Source of the DNA: Polyangiaceae bacterium
Lineage (GTDB): Bacteria > Myxococcota_A > Polyangia > Polyangiales > Polyangiaceae
Length of the DNA stretch: 64,000 bases
NCBI GenBank assembly: GCA_009781005.1
Contig: WQYX01000014.1
Location: forward strand, 1,937 to 65,936
Direction of reading: 5' to 3'
Positions 36,008 to 47,544 of the stretch are shown here, piece by piece. The notes beneath the pieces are model-generated. The model was not told the origin of the DNA and did no database searches. It saw nothing but the letters and a program-made list of their open reading frames with translations. The translations under genes and the position numbers were made by a program. Within the stretch, counting starts at the first letter, position 1. The number at the start of each line of letters is the position of its first letter.

Positions 36008-38074
36008 ATGAAGCACGCTCATCTCCGTCGGATCCTGCCCTTGTCCACGGTTCTGTCGGTCGCCCTCGTAGCTGCCGCATGCGCAAAAAAAACCGAGGTG
36101 CATGGAGAGGCGCCATCCGCCCCTCTGACGACACTTCCGGCCGCAACGTTCGCCAAGATCCCGCGCGCCGATTTCAACCGGCTTGCCGTGGAGCTCGCTT
36201 TGCCCATCTTTTGGACCGAAGACAAGAACGAGAACGGCACTCTCGATCCCGACGAGCTCGCGGTTTATTGGGGCATGGTCCCCGGTGCAACGCTCGCTGA
36301 ATACGTCGATCGGAAGGACTTCACACCGAAATTCAAAGATGCCTACGACCTCCTTGCTCAGCGCAAGACGGGCGACGAGCTTCATGCGACGGGCGGCGCG
36401 AACTCGAGGATCGCCGCGATTGTCAAAGAGCTCGCGCAAGGCCGGATCACCCTTGTCGCAACGGATTTGTCGACGGTGAGCGAAGAGGAAAAGCGCTTCG
36501 TCTCGCACATCATGAAAGCGGCGGATCTCATCGAGAAACTCTATGCAAGGCAGAAGGGCGTGAGCGAGCTCGCGATGCAACTCAAGGAGAGTAGCGACCC
36601 TGAGAGCCGTGCCTTGTTCTTTCGCAATCAGGGTCCGGATTGCGTTGCTCCGCTGACGCAGGACAATCCGTATTGCTCCGCCATTCCGAATCTTCCGAAG
36701 GCGAAGCGCTCGGGTCTTTACCCGAAGGAGATGCTCTCCAATCCAAAGTTCTGCGAGATCCTCAGCAAGAAGGAGGAGGGCAAAAAAGAGAAGACTCTCA
36801 TGAGTCCGTTCACCGTCGTCACCGGCGAGAGTTCTGCGCCAGCGGCCGTGCCCTATCACGAGTTCTACAAGGACGACGTGAACGCGATCGCAGATCAGCT
36901 CAAAGCTGCCGCGGATGCACTCGGCACGAAAGAGCCTGCGCTCAGGGCATATCTGCTCGCGGACGCGCAGTCCTTCACCAAGGACGAGTGGTGGCCGGCC
37001 GACGAGGCATGGGCGAAAATGGACGCGAACAATTCGAAGTATTATCTGCGCATTGCCCCCGACGAGGTTTACGCAGAGCCGTGCAGCACGAAGGCTCTTT
37101 TTCACGTGAGCTTCGGGCTCATCAACCAAGGCTCGCTCAAGTGGCAGAGGAAGCTCGATCCGCTCAAAGGCAAAATGGAAAAAGCCATCGCCGGGTTGGC
37201 GGGAGCTCCCTACGTCGCGCGCAACGTCAGTTTCAAGCTGCCAGACTTTGTCGACATCGTGATCAACGCGGGCGATTCCCGTCCGCCATCAGGCGCGACC
37301 ATCGGTCAATCGCTCCCGAACTTCGGCCCCGTCGCGAATGAAGGTCGCGGGCGCACCGTCGCCATGACGAACTTCTACAAGGACCCCGACAGCATCGCGA
37401 CACTCCGCGAGACAACCAACTCGCTTTTTTGCAGAGAGGCGATGGCGAAGTACACGAGCGACCAAGAACCTCAACTCATGAGCACGGTCCTGCACGAGGC
37501 CACGCACAACCTTGGTCCGTCGCACCAATATATGGTCAACGGCAAGATCGATCGCGAGGCTTTCGGCGGTCCGCTCGCCAGCACGCTCGAGGAACTCAAG
37601 GCGCAAACGGGAGCTTTGTTTCTGACCGATTGGCTCGCGGAAAATAAGGAAATAACCCGCGACGACGCCGACAAGGCGCACGTACGCGACATCGTCTGGG
37701 CTTTCGGCCACATCTCGCGCGGGATGTACGACGACAACGAGCACCCGAAGAACTACAGCCAGCTTGCCGCCATTCAATTCGGCTGGCTCATGGATCGTGG
37801 CGTCGCTCTTTGGCACGCCGACGAAGTTGCAGCGAACGGTCGAGACAAGGGCTGCTTCGAAATTGTGCTCGACAAATTCCCAGAAGCGGCCAAGTCGCTC
37901 ATGATCGAAGTTCTAGGGATCAAGGCACGAGGCGACAGGACGCGCGCGGAGAAGTTGATCAAGGACTACGTGGACGTCGCGGCTGCGAGCGACAAGAAGA
38001 AAATCCACGGCATCATCACCGAGCGCGTCTTGCGCGCTCCGAAAGCGAGCTTCGTCTATTCCGTGAAACTCTAG
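36008..38074 (+). CDS. Peptidase M49 (dipeptidyl-peptidase III-like) lipoprotein
   Basis: Lipobox AAAC; IGQSLPN; VLHEATHNLGP; LEELKA. Confidence 0.78.
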   Translation: MKHAHLRRILPLSTVLSVALVAAACAKKTEVHGEAPSAPLTTLPAATFAKIPRADFNRLAVELALPIFWTEDKNENGTLDPDELAVYWGMVPGATLAEYVDRKDFTPKFKDAYDLLAQRKTGDELHATGGANSRIAAIVKELAQGRITLVATDLSTVSEEEKRFVSHIMKAADLIEKLYARQKGVSELAMQLKESSDPESRALFFRNQGPDCVAPLTQDNPYCSAIPNLPKAKRSGLYPKEMLSNPKFCEILSKKEEGKKEKTLMSPFTVVTGESSAPAAVPYHEFYKDDVNAIADQLKAAADALGTKEPALRAYLLADAQSFTKDEWWPADEAWAKMDANNSKYYLRIAPDEVYAEPCSTKALFHVSFGLINQGSLKWQRKLDPLKGKMEKAIAGLAGAPYVARNVSFKLPDFVDIVINAGDSRPPSGATIGQSLPNFGPVANEGRGRTVAMTNFYKDPDSIATLRETTNSLFCREAMAKYTSDQEPQLMSTVLHEATHNLGPSHQYMVNGKIDREAFGGPLASTLEELKAQTGALFLTDWLAENKEITRDDADKAHVRDIVWAFGHISRGMYDDNEHPKNYSQLAAIQFGWLMDRGVALWHADEVAANGRDKGCFEIVLDKFPEAAKSLMIEVLGIKARGDRTRAEKLIKDYVDVAAASDKKKIHGIITERVLRAPKASFVYSVKL

Positions 38075-38086
38075 TAGGACCTGTTC

Positions 38087-38791
38087 GTGCCGCGCGTTCC
38101 GTTTCCCCCCATCGAGCCGCCCCCGACTCGAGTAAAATTCCCCAATCCCGATCACCTGCCGAGCTCGTGGGACGTGGTCGCCGAAGGCTGCGATTTCAGC
38201 CCGGGAACACTCTTGCTCGCGTACCGGAGCGGCATCTTCCCGTGGCCGCAAGGTCACGCGCGCGACGTCTTATGGGTCTCACCAAACCCGCGCGAGATCT
38301 TTCCGCTCGAAAAACCACCTCACTGGTCACGCAGCTTGCGGCGCACCCTCCGCAAGCACCCGTACGAGGTGACGCTCGACGAAGACTTCATGAGCGTCAT
38401 GCGCATGTGTGGCGAGACGCGCGCGGACGATACGTGGATCATCCCCGAGCTCATCGAAGGCTACGCGCACCTCCACGCGCTCGGCTGGGCCCATAGCGTT
38501 GAGGTCTGGGAGAAGACACCGGGCGGCCGCGAGCTCGTGGGCGGGATCTACGGTGTGTCGGTGGGCAGCGCGTTCGCGGGGGAGTCCATGTTTCACACGC
38601 GCACGGACACTTCGAAGATTGCGTTCGCAACTCTCGTCAGCGCACTGCGGGATGCAGGGTACACGCTTTTTGACGCGCAGATCTGGACCTCGCACCTCGC
38701 CTCCCTCGGGTGCATCGAAACGACTCGAGACGTCTACCTCGCACAGCTCGCCGACGCGCTCACTCACACGCCGAAACTTCTTCTCCGTTGA
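38087..38791 (+). CDS. aat: Leucyl/phenylalanyl-tRNA--protein transferase
   Basis: LLLAYRSGIFPW, TWI, GWAHSVEVW, LVGGIYGV, FAGESMF. Confidence 0.95.
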   Translation: MPRVPFPPIEPPPTRVKFPNPDHLPSSWDVVAEGCDFSPGTLLLAYRSGIFPWPQGHARDVLWVSPNPREIFPLEKPPHWSRSLRRTLRKHPYEVTLDEDFMSVMRMCGETRADDTWIIPELIEGYAHLHALGWAHSVEVWEKTPGGRELVGGIYGVSVGSAFAGESMFHTRTDTSKIAFATLVSALRDAGYTLFDAQIWTSHLASLGCIETTRDVYLAQLADALTHTPKLLLR

Positions 38792-39132
38792 GCTCGATCA
38801 GGCCTGTTTTTCGAGGTAAAGCCGGCAACTCGGTGCTTGCTTGCTTACCATCCTTCGTTCTCTTAAACACACTCTACGGGCCGAAAGCGGCATGTCGCCA
38901 CGTTCCTCGCCTGTACGACAAGCGCCGACTTTGGCCGATTTTCGCGGAACGTGGCAAGCTTGTCAACGCCCACTGAGAAGCATGCTGGCTTTCGAAGGAA
39001 GCTTCGGAAGATCGGATGCGTTTTTCGTACGTGCTTTAGCCAATTGAATGTTCTTATTCGCGCCCGACTGCAAAGCGTGGTTGGCAGCCGGTGCGGTGAC
39101 TCCAAAGGTTCCACGCGAAGCCGAGCGTACCC

Positions 39133-40464
39133 TTGAAGAAATCCTCCTCTTCTCTGTCCATTGCCCCCATGCCGAAAACGCCCGCTTCTCCGTCGCCCGA
39201 GGCCGAAGAAGCAGTCGACATGTATTTCCGAAAGATGGCGCAGGTGTCTTTGCTCACTCGCGAGGGAGAGGTGGAGCTCGCCAAGCAGATTGAGCAAGGC
39301 GAGCGAAGGATCATCGAAGCCATCATTGACTCCGCATTCGCGGCGGCCGAACTCGACCACATCAGTCGCATGCTCTACAAGGGCCGCTTCAAAGTCCGTG
39401 ACGTCATGCGCAACGTCGACGACGAGGACGCCTTCGACGAAGCCACCATGCTGAAAATCGTGCGCTTGCTCGAACGTCCCCTGAAGGAGCTGCACGCGCC
39501 GAAAACCGGCAAAGGCGAAGCTTCTCCAAAGACCAAAACGAAGAGCGGCAAAAAGACAAAGGCGGAGCTCGCGCGCGACGAGATCATCCGAGAGCTCGAA
39601 GAGCTGCGCCTCGATCGCTCGATGATCGATCGCGTGGAGAAGAAGCTCCGCGTCATTGCGCGCGAGATGCCCACCGCAACCACCAGGAAGACGACGGCGG
39701 TCGCCATTTCCGAGATCACGGCGGGTCGCCGCGTCGCCGATCGCGCGAAGTCGGCGCTCGTCGAAGCAAACTTGCGTCTCGTCGTGTCGCTCGCGAAAAA
39801 GCACGTCAACCGCGGGCTTCAGCTCCTCGATCTCATTCAAGAGGGCAACATCGGATTGATGCGCGCCGTGGACAAGTTCGACTACAAGCGCGGATACAAG
39901 TTTTCGACCTACGCAACCTGGTGGGTTCGTCAATCGATCTCGCGCGCCATCGCCGATCAGGGCCGCACCATCCGCGTCCCCGTACACATGTACGAAAGCC
40001 TTCAGAAGCTTACGCGGACGAGCCGTTCGCTCCTGCAAGAGTACGGTCGCGAGCCAACGCCCGAAGAGTTGGCAGATTCAACGGGCATCCCAGTGGAGAA
40101 GGTGCGCGCCGTCATGAAAATCGCGCGCGAGCCGATCAGCCTCGAGACGCCTGTTGGGAGTGACGGCGAATCGCACGTTGGCGAGTTCATCCCGGACGAA
40201 TCCGGTCTGCCGCCCGACGAAGCCTACGCGCAGATGCGCTTCAACGACCAGACGCGTCAGCTTCTCAAAACGCTCTCCCCGCGCGAGGAAAAGATCCTGC
40301 GCATGCGTTTTGGAATCGACGAAGCGCGTGATCACACGCTCGAAGAAGTGGGCGAGAGCTTCTCGCTCACACGCGAACGAATCCGGCAGATTGAGACGAA
40401 GGCTCTGCGGAAACTCCGCCTCCCGTCGCAACACCGCAAGATGAAGACGTACATCAGCGGCTGA
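39133..40464 (+). CDS. RpoD-like sigma70 factor without region 1.1
   Basis: [66 protein letters not shown]; start uncertain. Confidence 0.92.
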   Translation: MKKSSSSLSIAPMPKTPASPSPEAEEAVDMYFRKMAQVSLLTREGEVELAKQIEQGERRIIEAIIDSAFAAAELDHISRMLYKGRFKVRDVMRNVDDEDAFDEATMLKIVRLLERPLKELHAPKTGKGEASPKTKTKSGKKTKAELARDEIIRELEELRLDRSMIDRVEKKLRVIAREMPTATTRKTTAVAISEITAGRRVADRAKSALVEANLRLVVSLAKKHVNRGLQLLDLIQEGNIGLMRAVDKFDYKRGYKFSTYATWWVRQSISRAIADQGRTIRVPVHMYESLQKLTRTSRSLLQEYGREPTPEELADSTGIPVEKVRAVMKIAREPISLETPVGSDGESHVGEFIPDESGLPPDEAYAQMRFNDQTRQLLKTLSPREEKILRMRFGIDEARDHTLEEVGESFSLTRERIRQIETKALRKLRLPSQHRKMKTYISG

Positions 40465-40470
40465 CCGCGG

Positions 40471-41308
40471 TTACTCGGGAAGCCCATCGAGTAGATCTCG
40501 AACGGCACCCCAGGTGTCAGCTTGGGCGGCATCGTTTGGTTTGCCGTAAAGGAATTCGGCCGCGCGCAATGGACCGACGTGGCGCGCTGATTCGAAATCA
40601 TCCATTAGGTAGCGTCTGGCCTCCAAGACCTCGGGGGCCTTTGCAAAAGGCTTCAGTCGAGCCGCCACGGTGGCTGGTCCCTCCCCGAAGTTCCGCAGAA
40701 CATAGCCGAGATCGTACGCATCCTTGTTCTCGCCGCGAATATGGAATGCAAGCGCCTTCATGATCACAAATGCACCGGCTCCGCACACCCTCACTTTGCG
40801 CCGCGCATGCTCCGCCCGAATCGTTAGACCGTCCAACGTGACCTTCACGCAGTCGAGAAACGCAAGCCGAAGTCCTGGTGCGATGATCGCTGCGAAGTCG
40901 TTCTCGATATCGCGCAGTTGACCTGCCTGATCGCTATCCGTGCTCGGCGGGATCAGAAAATCGAGCGTGACCTTCGGTGGGCCGTCGATCTTCCAGCGCT
41001 GTCGCGTGATGTTGCCGTTGTCATTCGTATCCGGCCCAAACCCTGCTGCGCGAAGTCGCTCCGTCAATTTTGCGTATCGCTCGTTGTCGAGCGATTGCGA
41101 CCTGCATCCCAATATCGAGGTCGAGCGTCCCCACGTGCTTCTCGACGCCATCTTGCGATTGGTCGATGAGCAATGTTGGCACGAGCCCGCCCACGATCAC
41201 GAGTTCGTCGAGAAGATCTCCGACCTTCGTTGCGAGATACAAACAAGCCGCGCGCACGTTGGCCACCTGGTTGCTGGCATAACCAGCCGCTGTCGTTGGT
41301 TTCGGCAT
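40471..41308 (-). pseudogene. Frameshifted nucleotidyltransferase (AbiEii/type IV toxin-like)
   Basis: N-half IVGGLVP...GTLDLDIG and C-half KALAF...KDAYDL lie in different frames. The span is 3n+1; removing one base near 41092 gives AILDNERY. Confidence 0.75.
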
Positions 41309-42342
41309 CACGATCTCCACTTTAGAAGGCGGGACCTAAGCTCGGTTGCAGCTTCACGCGCTCGCTCGGGGTGCCCGAGAAGATCAACGTAGGTTTGCAC
41401 GGGATGCACGCACGCAATACCCTCGACTTCCTTCGACCCATCAAAAACCCCCTCCTCATTGGGAACCACGAGCCAGGCGTTGGCTCCCTCCGGTTCTTCT
41501 CGAAAGCCAGCCTCCTTAAGGAGCAGGGCATCAGGCTTCGAGACGACGAAAAGGGTCACAATCCGAAAGCCCGCAAACGCCGTTTGAAGCCATGCCGCTG
41601 CCAATCCGGTTGCAGCGTGGCGGAGTTTGTTTCTCTGAAAAACCTTCGCCAGTCTTCTCAGCAGATCCTCACTGCTACGCGCGGTCACGTGACCACGCAC
41701 GATCGAGTGCTTCTCGAAGGAATAGATCTCGGCCCAAGCGTCGAGCATCAAGTCAGGATCACGGACCCGGATTGCCCCCACCCTGTCACGCTCGATCAAT
41801 GCATCGTGTTCGAGGCGGCGCACGATCTTGCTAGTAAAACCGTCATCGAGCCCAACTTCACGTGCGAGTTCTTGCTGGCGAAACCAACGGCGAGGTTCGA
41901 TCAGCAAGTGACGAGCGATACGCGCACTCTTGGGCGCGAAAGCCGACGAGGGGCGGCCACGCCGTACGAACTTGTTTGGCTTGCCCTCGATGAGGATGCG
42001 CAGCCCTGGCGCCACGATGTCGGCGTTCCCCGAAAGGTCGAACCAGCAAACGCCTGCATCCGCACAGAGACGCCTGCCCGCTTCGCCCATGAACAAGGTG
42101 GCGACCACCGGTATGGCATGATGGCCCATTGCCGTCGCGTATGCCTTCATCTGTTTGGCTGCAGCACCAACGCTTGCAGCGTTGAAGATCGCCTTCACCT
42201 CGACGAGTAAGCGAGTCTTGCCCAGATCCACCTCGAAGTCGGGGCCGCCCTTTGCTTTAGAAGTGACCCGGAAACGGGGGTTGTCGAGCCACGAGGTGAG
42301 CAGACGACGAGCTTCGTCTTCAAGCTGGTGTTCGCGCGTCAC
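41308..42342 (-). CDS. AbiEi-family type IV antitoxin-like regulator
   Basis: PDFEV...VEVK domain, wHTH FRQQELAREVGLDDGFTSKIV, C-terminal VHPVQTYVDL; TGATG coupling to the NTase gene. Confidence 0.75.
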   Translation of the reverse strand: MTREHQLEDEARRLLTSWLDNPRFRVTSKAKGGPDFEVDLGKTRLLVEVKAIFNAASVGAAAKQMKAYATAMGHHAIPVVATLFMGEAGRRLCADAGVCWFDLSGNADIVAPGLRILIEGKPNKFVRRGRPSSAFAPKSARIARHLLIEPRRWFRQQELAREVGLDDGFTSKIVRRLEHDALIERDRVGAIRVRDPDLMLDAWAEIYSFEKHSIVRGHVTARSSEDLLRRLAKVFQRNKLRHAATGLAAAWLQTAFAGFRIVTLFVVSKPDALLLKEAGFREEPEGANAWLVVPNEEGVFDGSKEVEGIACVHPVQTYVDLLGHPERAREAATELRSRLLKWRS

Positions 42343-42351
42343 CTGACTATA

Positions 42352-42378
42352 TTATCCATCCTGAACGATGGTTCAACC
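42352..42378 (-). promoter_or_regulatory. Putative sigma70 promoter overlapped by a TGAAC-N4-GTTCA operator
   Basis: Minus strand TTGAAC-16nt-TAATAT; inverted repeat at 42362-42375. Confidence 0.4.
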
Positions 42379-42453
42379 TAACTTATTTAGGCAGGAATCT
42401 TGTGGAAACTGGCGCGGCAAGCCCAAAGGGAGACACTGCGCAGATGGGGCCAC

Positions 42454-43284
42454 CTAAATGAAGTAGTCGGGAAAGAGATCTTCGTCCTTCATGCCGGGGG
42501 TGACGGCGTAGTGCGATAAATCGGATATGCCGGCGCTCCGCAGAACGTCTTCGTCAATCATGAAGTGCCCGGTGAACTCGGAGGACTTCCTCGTGAGGAT
42601 GGTGTGCGCTGCATCGGCCATGATCTCGGGCTTGCGACAACCGCGGATAGCCGCATCGCCTCCGAGCAAGTTCTGAACGGCGGCAGTGGCGATCGCCGTG
42701 CGCGGCCAGAGTGCATTGACGGCGATGCCTTTGGACTTGAGTTCGTCGGCCATCCCGAGCACGCACATGCTCATGCCAAACTTGGCCATGGTGTAGGCGA
42801 CGTGAGGGGAAAACCAGCGCGCCTCCATATTCAGCGGCGGAGATATATTCAAAATGTGCGGATTGTCTGAATTCGACAAATAAGGAATGCATGCTTGCGA
42901 ACACGCGAACGTGCCGCGCACGTTGACGCCGTGCATAAGGTCGAAACGCTTCATTGGCGTTTCAAGAGTGCCGGTAAGGCTGATGGCGCTCGCGTTGTTC
43001 ACGAGGATGTCGATGCCGCCGAAGGTGGACACCGCATTCTCTACGGCGGCGTGAATCTGATCCTCCATCCGCACGTCGACGATGCACGCGAGGGCTTTGC
43101 CGCCAGCAGCCTCGATCTCCTCTTTCGCGCTGAAAATGGTGCCGGGGAGCTTTGGATTCGGCTCCGCGGTCTTCGCAGCGATGACGACGTTCGCGCCATC
43201 TCGAGCGGCGCGAAGCGCGATGGCTTTGCCGATACCGCGACTCGCGCCAGTGATGAAGAGCGTCTTGCCTTCGAGCGTCGTCAT
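42454..43284 (-). CDS. Short-chain dehydrogenase (HSDL2-like)
   Basis: ITGASRGIG, LVNNASAI, YTMAK, NALWP. Confidence 0.92.
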   Translation of the reverse strand: MTTLEGKTLFITGASRGIGKAIALRAARDGANVVIAAKTAEPNPKLPGTIFSAKEEIEAAGGKALACIVDVRMEDQIHAAVENAVSTFGGIDILVNNASAISLTGTLETPMKRFDLMHGVNVRGTFACSQACIPYLSNSDNPHILNISPPLNMEARWFSPHVAYTMAKFGMSMCVLGMADELKSKGIAVNALWPRTAIATAAVQNLLGGDAAIRGCRKPEIMADAAHTILTRKSSEFTGHFMIDEDVLRSAGISDLSHYAVTPGMKDEDLFPDYFI

Positions 43285-43314
43285 GCGTTCATTCTCCTTC
43301 GTGCGAATGTGGCG

Positions 43315-44040
43315 TCAGCGTCGACGCTTGCGGAATGCGATGACGCCTCCCATGGGCTCGGGTTCGGGATCGAGCGGCGGCAACGCGAGCACGAGCCGTT
43401 CGATGCGCGCCAGAGACTCGTGTGCTGCGCGCTCCGCGCGAAGCTCGTCGAAGGGTGCGTCGAAGACGAGGCAGAGCAGGTAGATGGCCGAAAATGAGAG
43501 CACGAGATAATAGGGGCCCTCTGCCTCCGCTCGGCGGAAATGACGCCCCTTGTGGAGTTGATCGAGCTCCGACAAACCGCGAATCGCCCCGAGCGTATGG
43601 TTCGTGAGCGCGAGGTGCTCGGGCGCGAACTCGCTCTGCACGTGCGGGCGCGCGTGCACCGACGCAGAGGCCCAGATCACCGGCGAATCGACATCGATCA
43701 CGACGACGTCGTTCGCGCGCGCGCGTGCCGCAAGAGCCTGCAATTCTTCGTGCAACGCAAACGTGATCGGAGGACGTGATCGAGCGCGCTCGCGCGGCGC
43801 GTCTTCGAGCGCATCGACGAACGTGTTTGCAAGCATCGTCATCCTTCGCATCACGACTTCGGTGTCGATCGGCGGCTCTGCGAAGGTCGCAATGACATGG
43901 CGAGCATCGGGCAGACGAACGACGACGATGTTTGGTGCAGCCGGCGGCAGCTCGGCCGGCGCGAGCAAGCGGATATCGTCCGCCTGAAGTTCGCGTTTGG
44001 CCAACGCGACAAAGCGCTCGAACACCGAATCTTCATCCAT
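43315..44040 (-). CDS. Hypothetical protein
   Basis: ORF with host-like codon use; start placed at ATG 44040. Confidence 0.6.
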   Translation of the reverse strand: MDEDSVFERFVALAKRELQADDIRLLAPAELPPAAPNIVVVRLPDARHVIATFAEPPIDTEVVMRRMTMLANTFVDALEDAPRERARSRPPITFALHEELQALAARARANDVVVIDVDSPVIWASASVHARPHVQSEFAPEHLALTNHTLGAIRGLSELDQLHKGRHFRRAEAEGPYYLVLSFSAIYLLCLVFDAPFDELRAERAAHESLARIERLVLALPPLDPEPEPMGGVIAFRKRRR

Positions 44041-44108
44041 GGAAGATGCAAGAGATATCACGGCCCCCTACGGGACGCGATGACCTCACAGCACGCTGCG
44101 TGCCTGCG

Positions 44109-44630
44109 TCACGTTATCTCGTTCGGCGCCCGGGACACGACGACGGTTCCGTCGTTCCCCTCCTCTTCGACGACGACCGACTCCCCTTCCCGGATCGCCT
44201 CGTTTGCCGACGCGACGAAATCTTGCGCGCTCCCCTTGATCTCGACGCGGATCCTACCATGCACCCCCTTTTCGATAGGAACGAGAACCCGGCCAACACG
44301 ACCGACGGTGTCCGCCGAGGTGGCGTGGCTGCTCGGGCTCGAGCTGCGAAGCCAGCGAAGCAACACCGTGGTCGCGAGCCCTGAGGCCACGCCCATGATC
44401 GTTGCGAGTACGCCCGTCGTTATCGGACTCGTGAGCTGGAGAAGGGTGAGCGCCGTTCCCACGAACCCGAACGCGAGCAATCCGAAGGACCAGAACCGCA
44501 CGCTCACGAGGAGCGACCACGAGCTCGTGCCATGTAGATCATGACTGCCATCGTGATCCGCACCGTGGGTGAGCTGGACGACGAAAATGCCGACCGAAGC
44601 GAGGAGCAGGCAGAGATAGGCCGCGAGCAT
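44109..44630 (-). CDS. NfeD-like membrane protein
   Basis: Three TM segments then VGRVGRVLVPI...GRIRVEI...GESVVV OB-fold. Confidence 0.8.
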   Translation of the reverse strand: MLAAYLCLLLASVGIFVVQLTHGADHDGSHDLHGTSSWSLLVSVRFWSFGLLAFGFVGTALTLLQLTSPITTGVLATIMGVASGLATTVLLRWLRSSSPSSHATSADTVGRVGRVLVPIEKGVHGRIRVEIKGSAQDFVASANEAIREGESVVVEEEGNDGTVVVSRAPNEIT

Positions 44631-44921
44631 GGAGGAAGCATAAACCCCTTTCGATGCCACCAATGGATGTTGTCATCATGCAACTTTTTGGTTGCCTGAT
44701 GGGAGTGGTCTCACCGGTGCGCCTCGCCTCCTTTGCCATGGTACGAATGAGCCCCCTTGCGCGACAGCACCACGACCCGAAAGACTCCTTCGATAAATGT
44801 GCTGCGATGGATGGATGCAACGAATGGGTGTGGTCCTCGTCATCCTTGGCGTCACGGCCCAAGCCGTGGTGGATGGGGCTTATTAATATCTTCGTCACAC
44901 CGTTCTCTGTATCTTCGTCGC

Positions 44922-46285
44922 ATGACTCCGACAATGTCAGCAATCGATCCGTCGATCATAGCTCCCGAGACATTTGCGACGGTGGTTGGTCTCGCATTCG
45001 GCGCGATCTTCTTGTTCATCGTGATCGCGGCCGTGAGCAAGAACCTCCTCTTCATCTGCGCACCGAACGAGATCCTCGTTTTCTCGGGCCGCAAGCGACG
45101 CCTCGCGGACGGAACCGTCTTGGGTTTCAAAGTGATTCACGGAGGTCGTGCGTTCCGCATCCCGCTGCTCGAGACGGTGGCGCGGATGGACGTGCGCCTC
45201 TACGGGATTGAACTCACGGTGTCGAACGCGTTCTCGAAGGGAGGCATCCCGCTCAATGTCCACGCGATCGCGAACGTCAAAGTGTCGACCGATCGGCGTT
45301 TCGTTCATCACGCCGTCGAGCGCTTTCTCGGTGTGCCGCCCGCACAGATCCTCACGGTTGCGCGACAGACCCTCGAGGGTGTCCTGCGCGAGGTCCTGAG
45401 CCAGCTCACCCCCGAGGAGGTGAACCAGGATCGCCTCAAGTTCGCCCAGACGCTGATGAACAACACGAAAGACGACTTCGACAAGTTGGGGCTCGAGCTC
45501 GACGTGCTCAAAATCCAGAACGTGTCCGACGATCAGAAGTACCTCGCCAACTTGGGGCGCGGCCAGATCGCGAACATGCTGCGCGACGCCGAGAACGCGG
45601 AGAACGCAGCGGCGCAAGAGCAGGCGCAGGCGCAGGCGCAGGCACGCCAGCTCGCCGAGTCGGCGGCCCAGCAGGCCGAGGCGCAGGTGCTACAGAAACA
45701 GAACGCGTTCCGTGCCGAGATCGCCAAGCTCGAGGCGCAAGCGAAATCGATCGAGAACGAGGCCGAGATCGCCGCCCAGACAGCGCAGGCGACAGCGGAG
45801 CAGGATCTTCAGGCGCTGCGCGCCGAGCTCGCGAAACTGACTCTTCACGTCGACGCCGTGCTTCCGGCGGAAGCCAATGCGCGCGCGAGTGCAGCCCGAG
45901 CCCGTGGCGAAGCTGCTCCCACGATCGAGAACGGCAAAGCGGCGGCGGAGGCACTGAGTCTCGTTGCGAACGAATGGACGAACGCCGGAGCCGCTGGCCG
46001 TGACGTCTACGTTCTCCAACAGCTCGACACGATCGTTGCAGCAGCGATCCAGCGCGTCCGCGATCTCCGTATCGACGCGCTGGAGGTGGTCGACGGCGGC
46101 GACGCCGAGAGCGTCGCATCGGTCCTCGCGATGTTTCCGCGCAGCGTGACACGTGTCCTCGAAGAGATCAGCGGGGCGATCGGTGTCGACGTTCGCTCCC
46201 TCGTCGCGGCACGCGCGCCGATCGACCGCGGAGGCGTACGCCCGACAATGCGTCCTGCCAGCCCTGATTCGAACAAGGAGGCAAC

Positions 46286-46289
<4 letters not shown>
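44922..46289 (+). CDS. Flotillin/SPFH domain protein
   Basis: CAPNEILVFSG, SKGGIPLNV, TLEGVLREVLSQLTPEEVNQD; Ala/Gln coiled coil. Confidence 0.9.
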
Positions 46290-47530
<1,241 letters not shown>

Positions 47531-47544
47531 CGTCCATTCGATCG

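Noticed and set aside
40462-40473. TGACCGCGGTTA between two convergent stops looks like both element ends fused
   Set aside because: Only about 10 nt in GC-rich DNA; could easily be chance.
45621-45644. CAGGCG hexamer run in flotillin 1
   Set aside because: Simply encodes the QAQAQA coiled coil; in frame, no evidence of phase variation.
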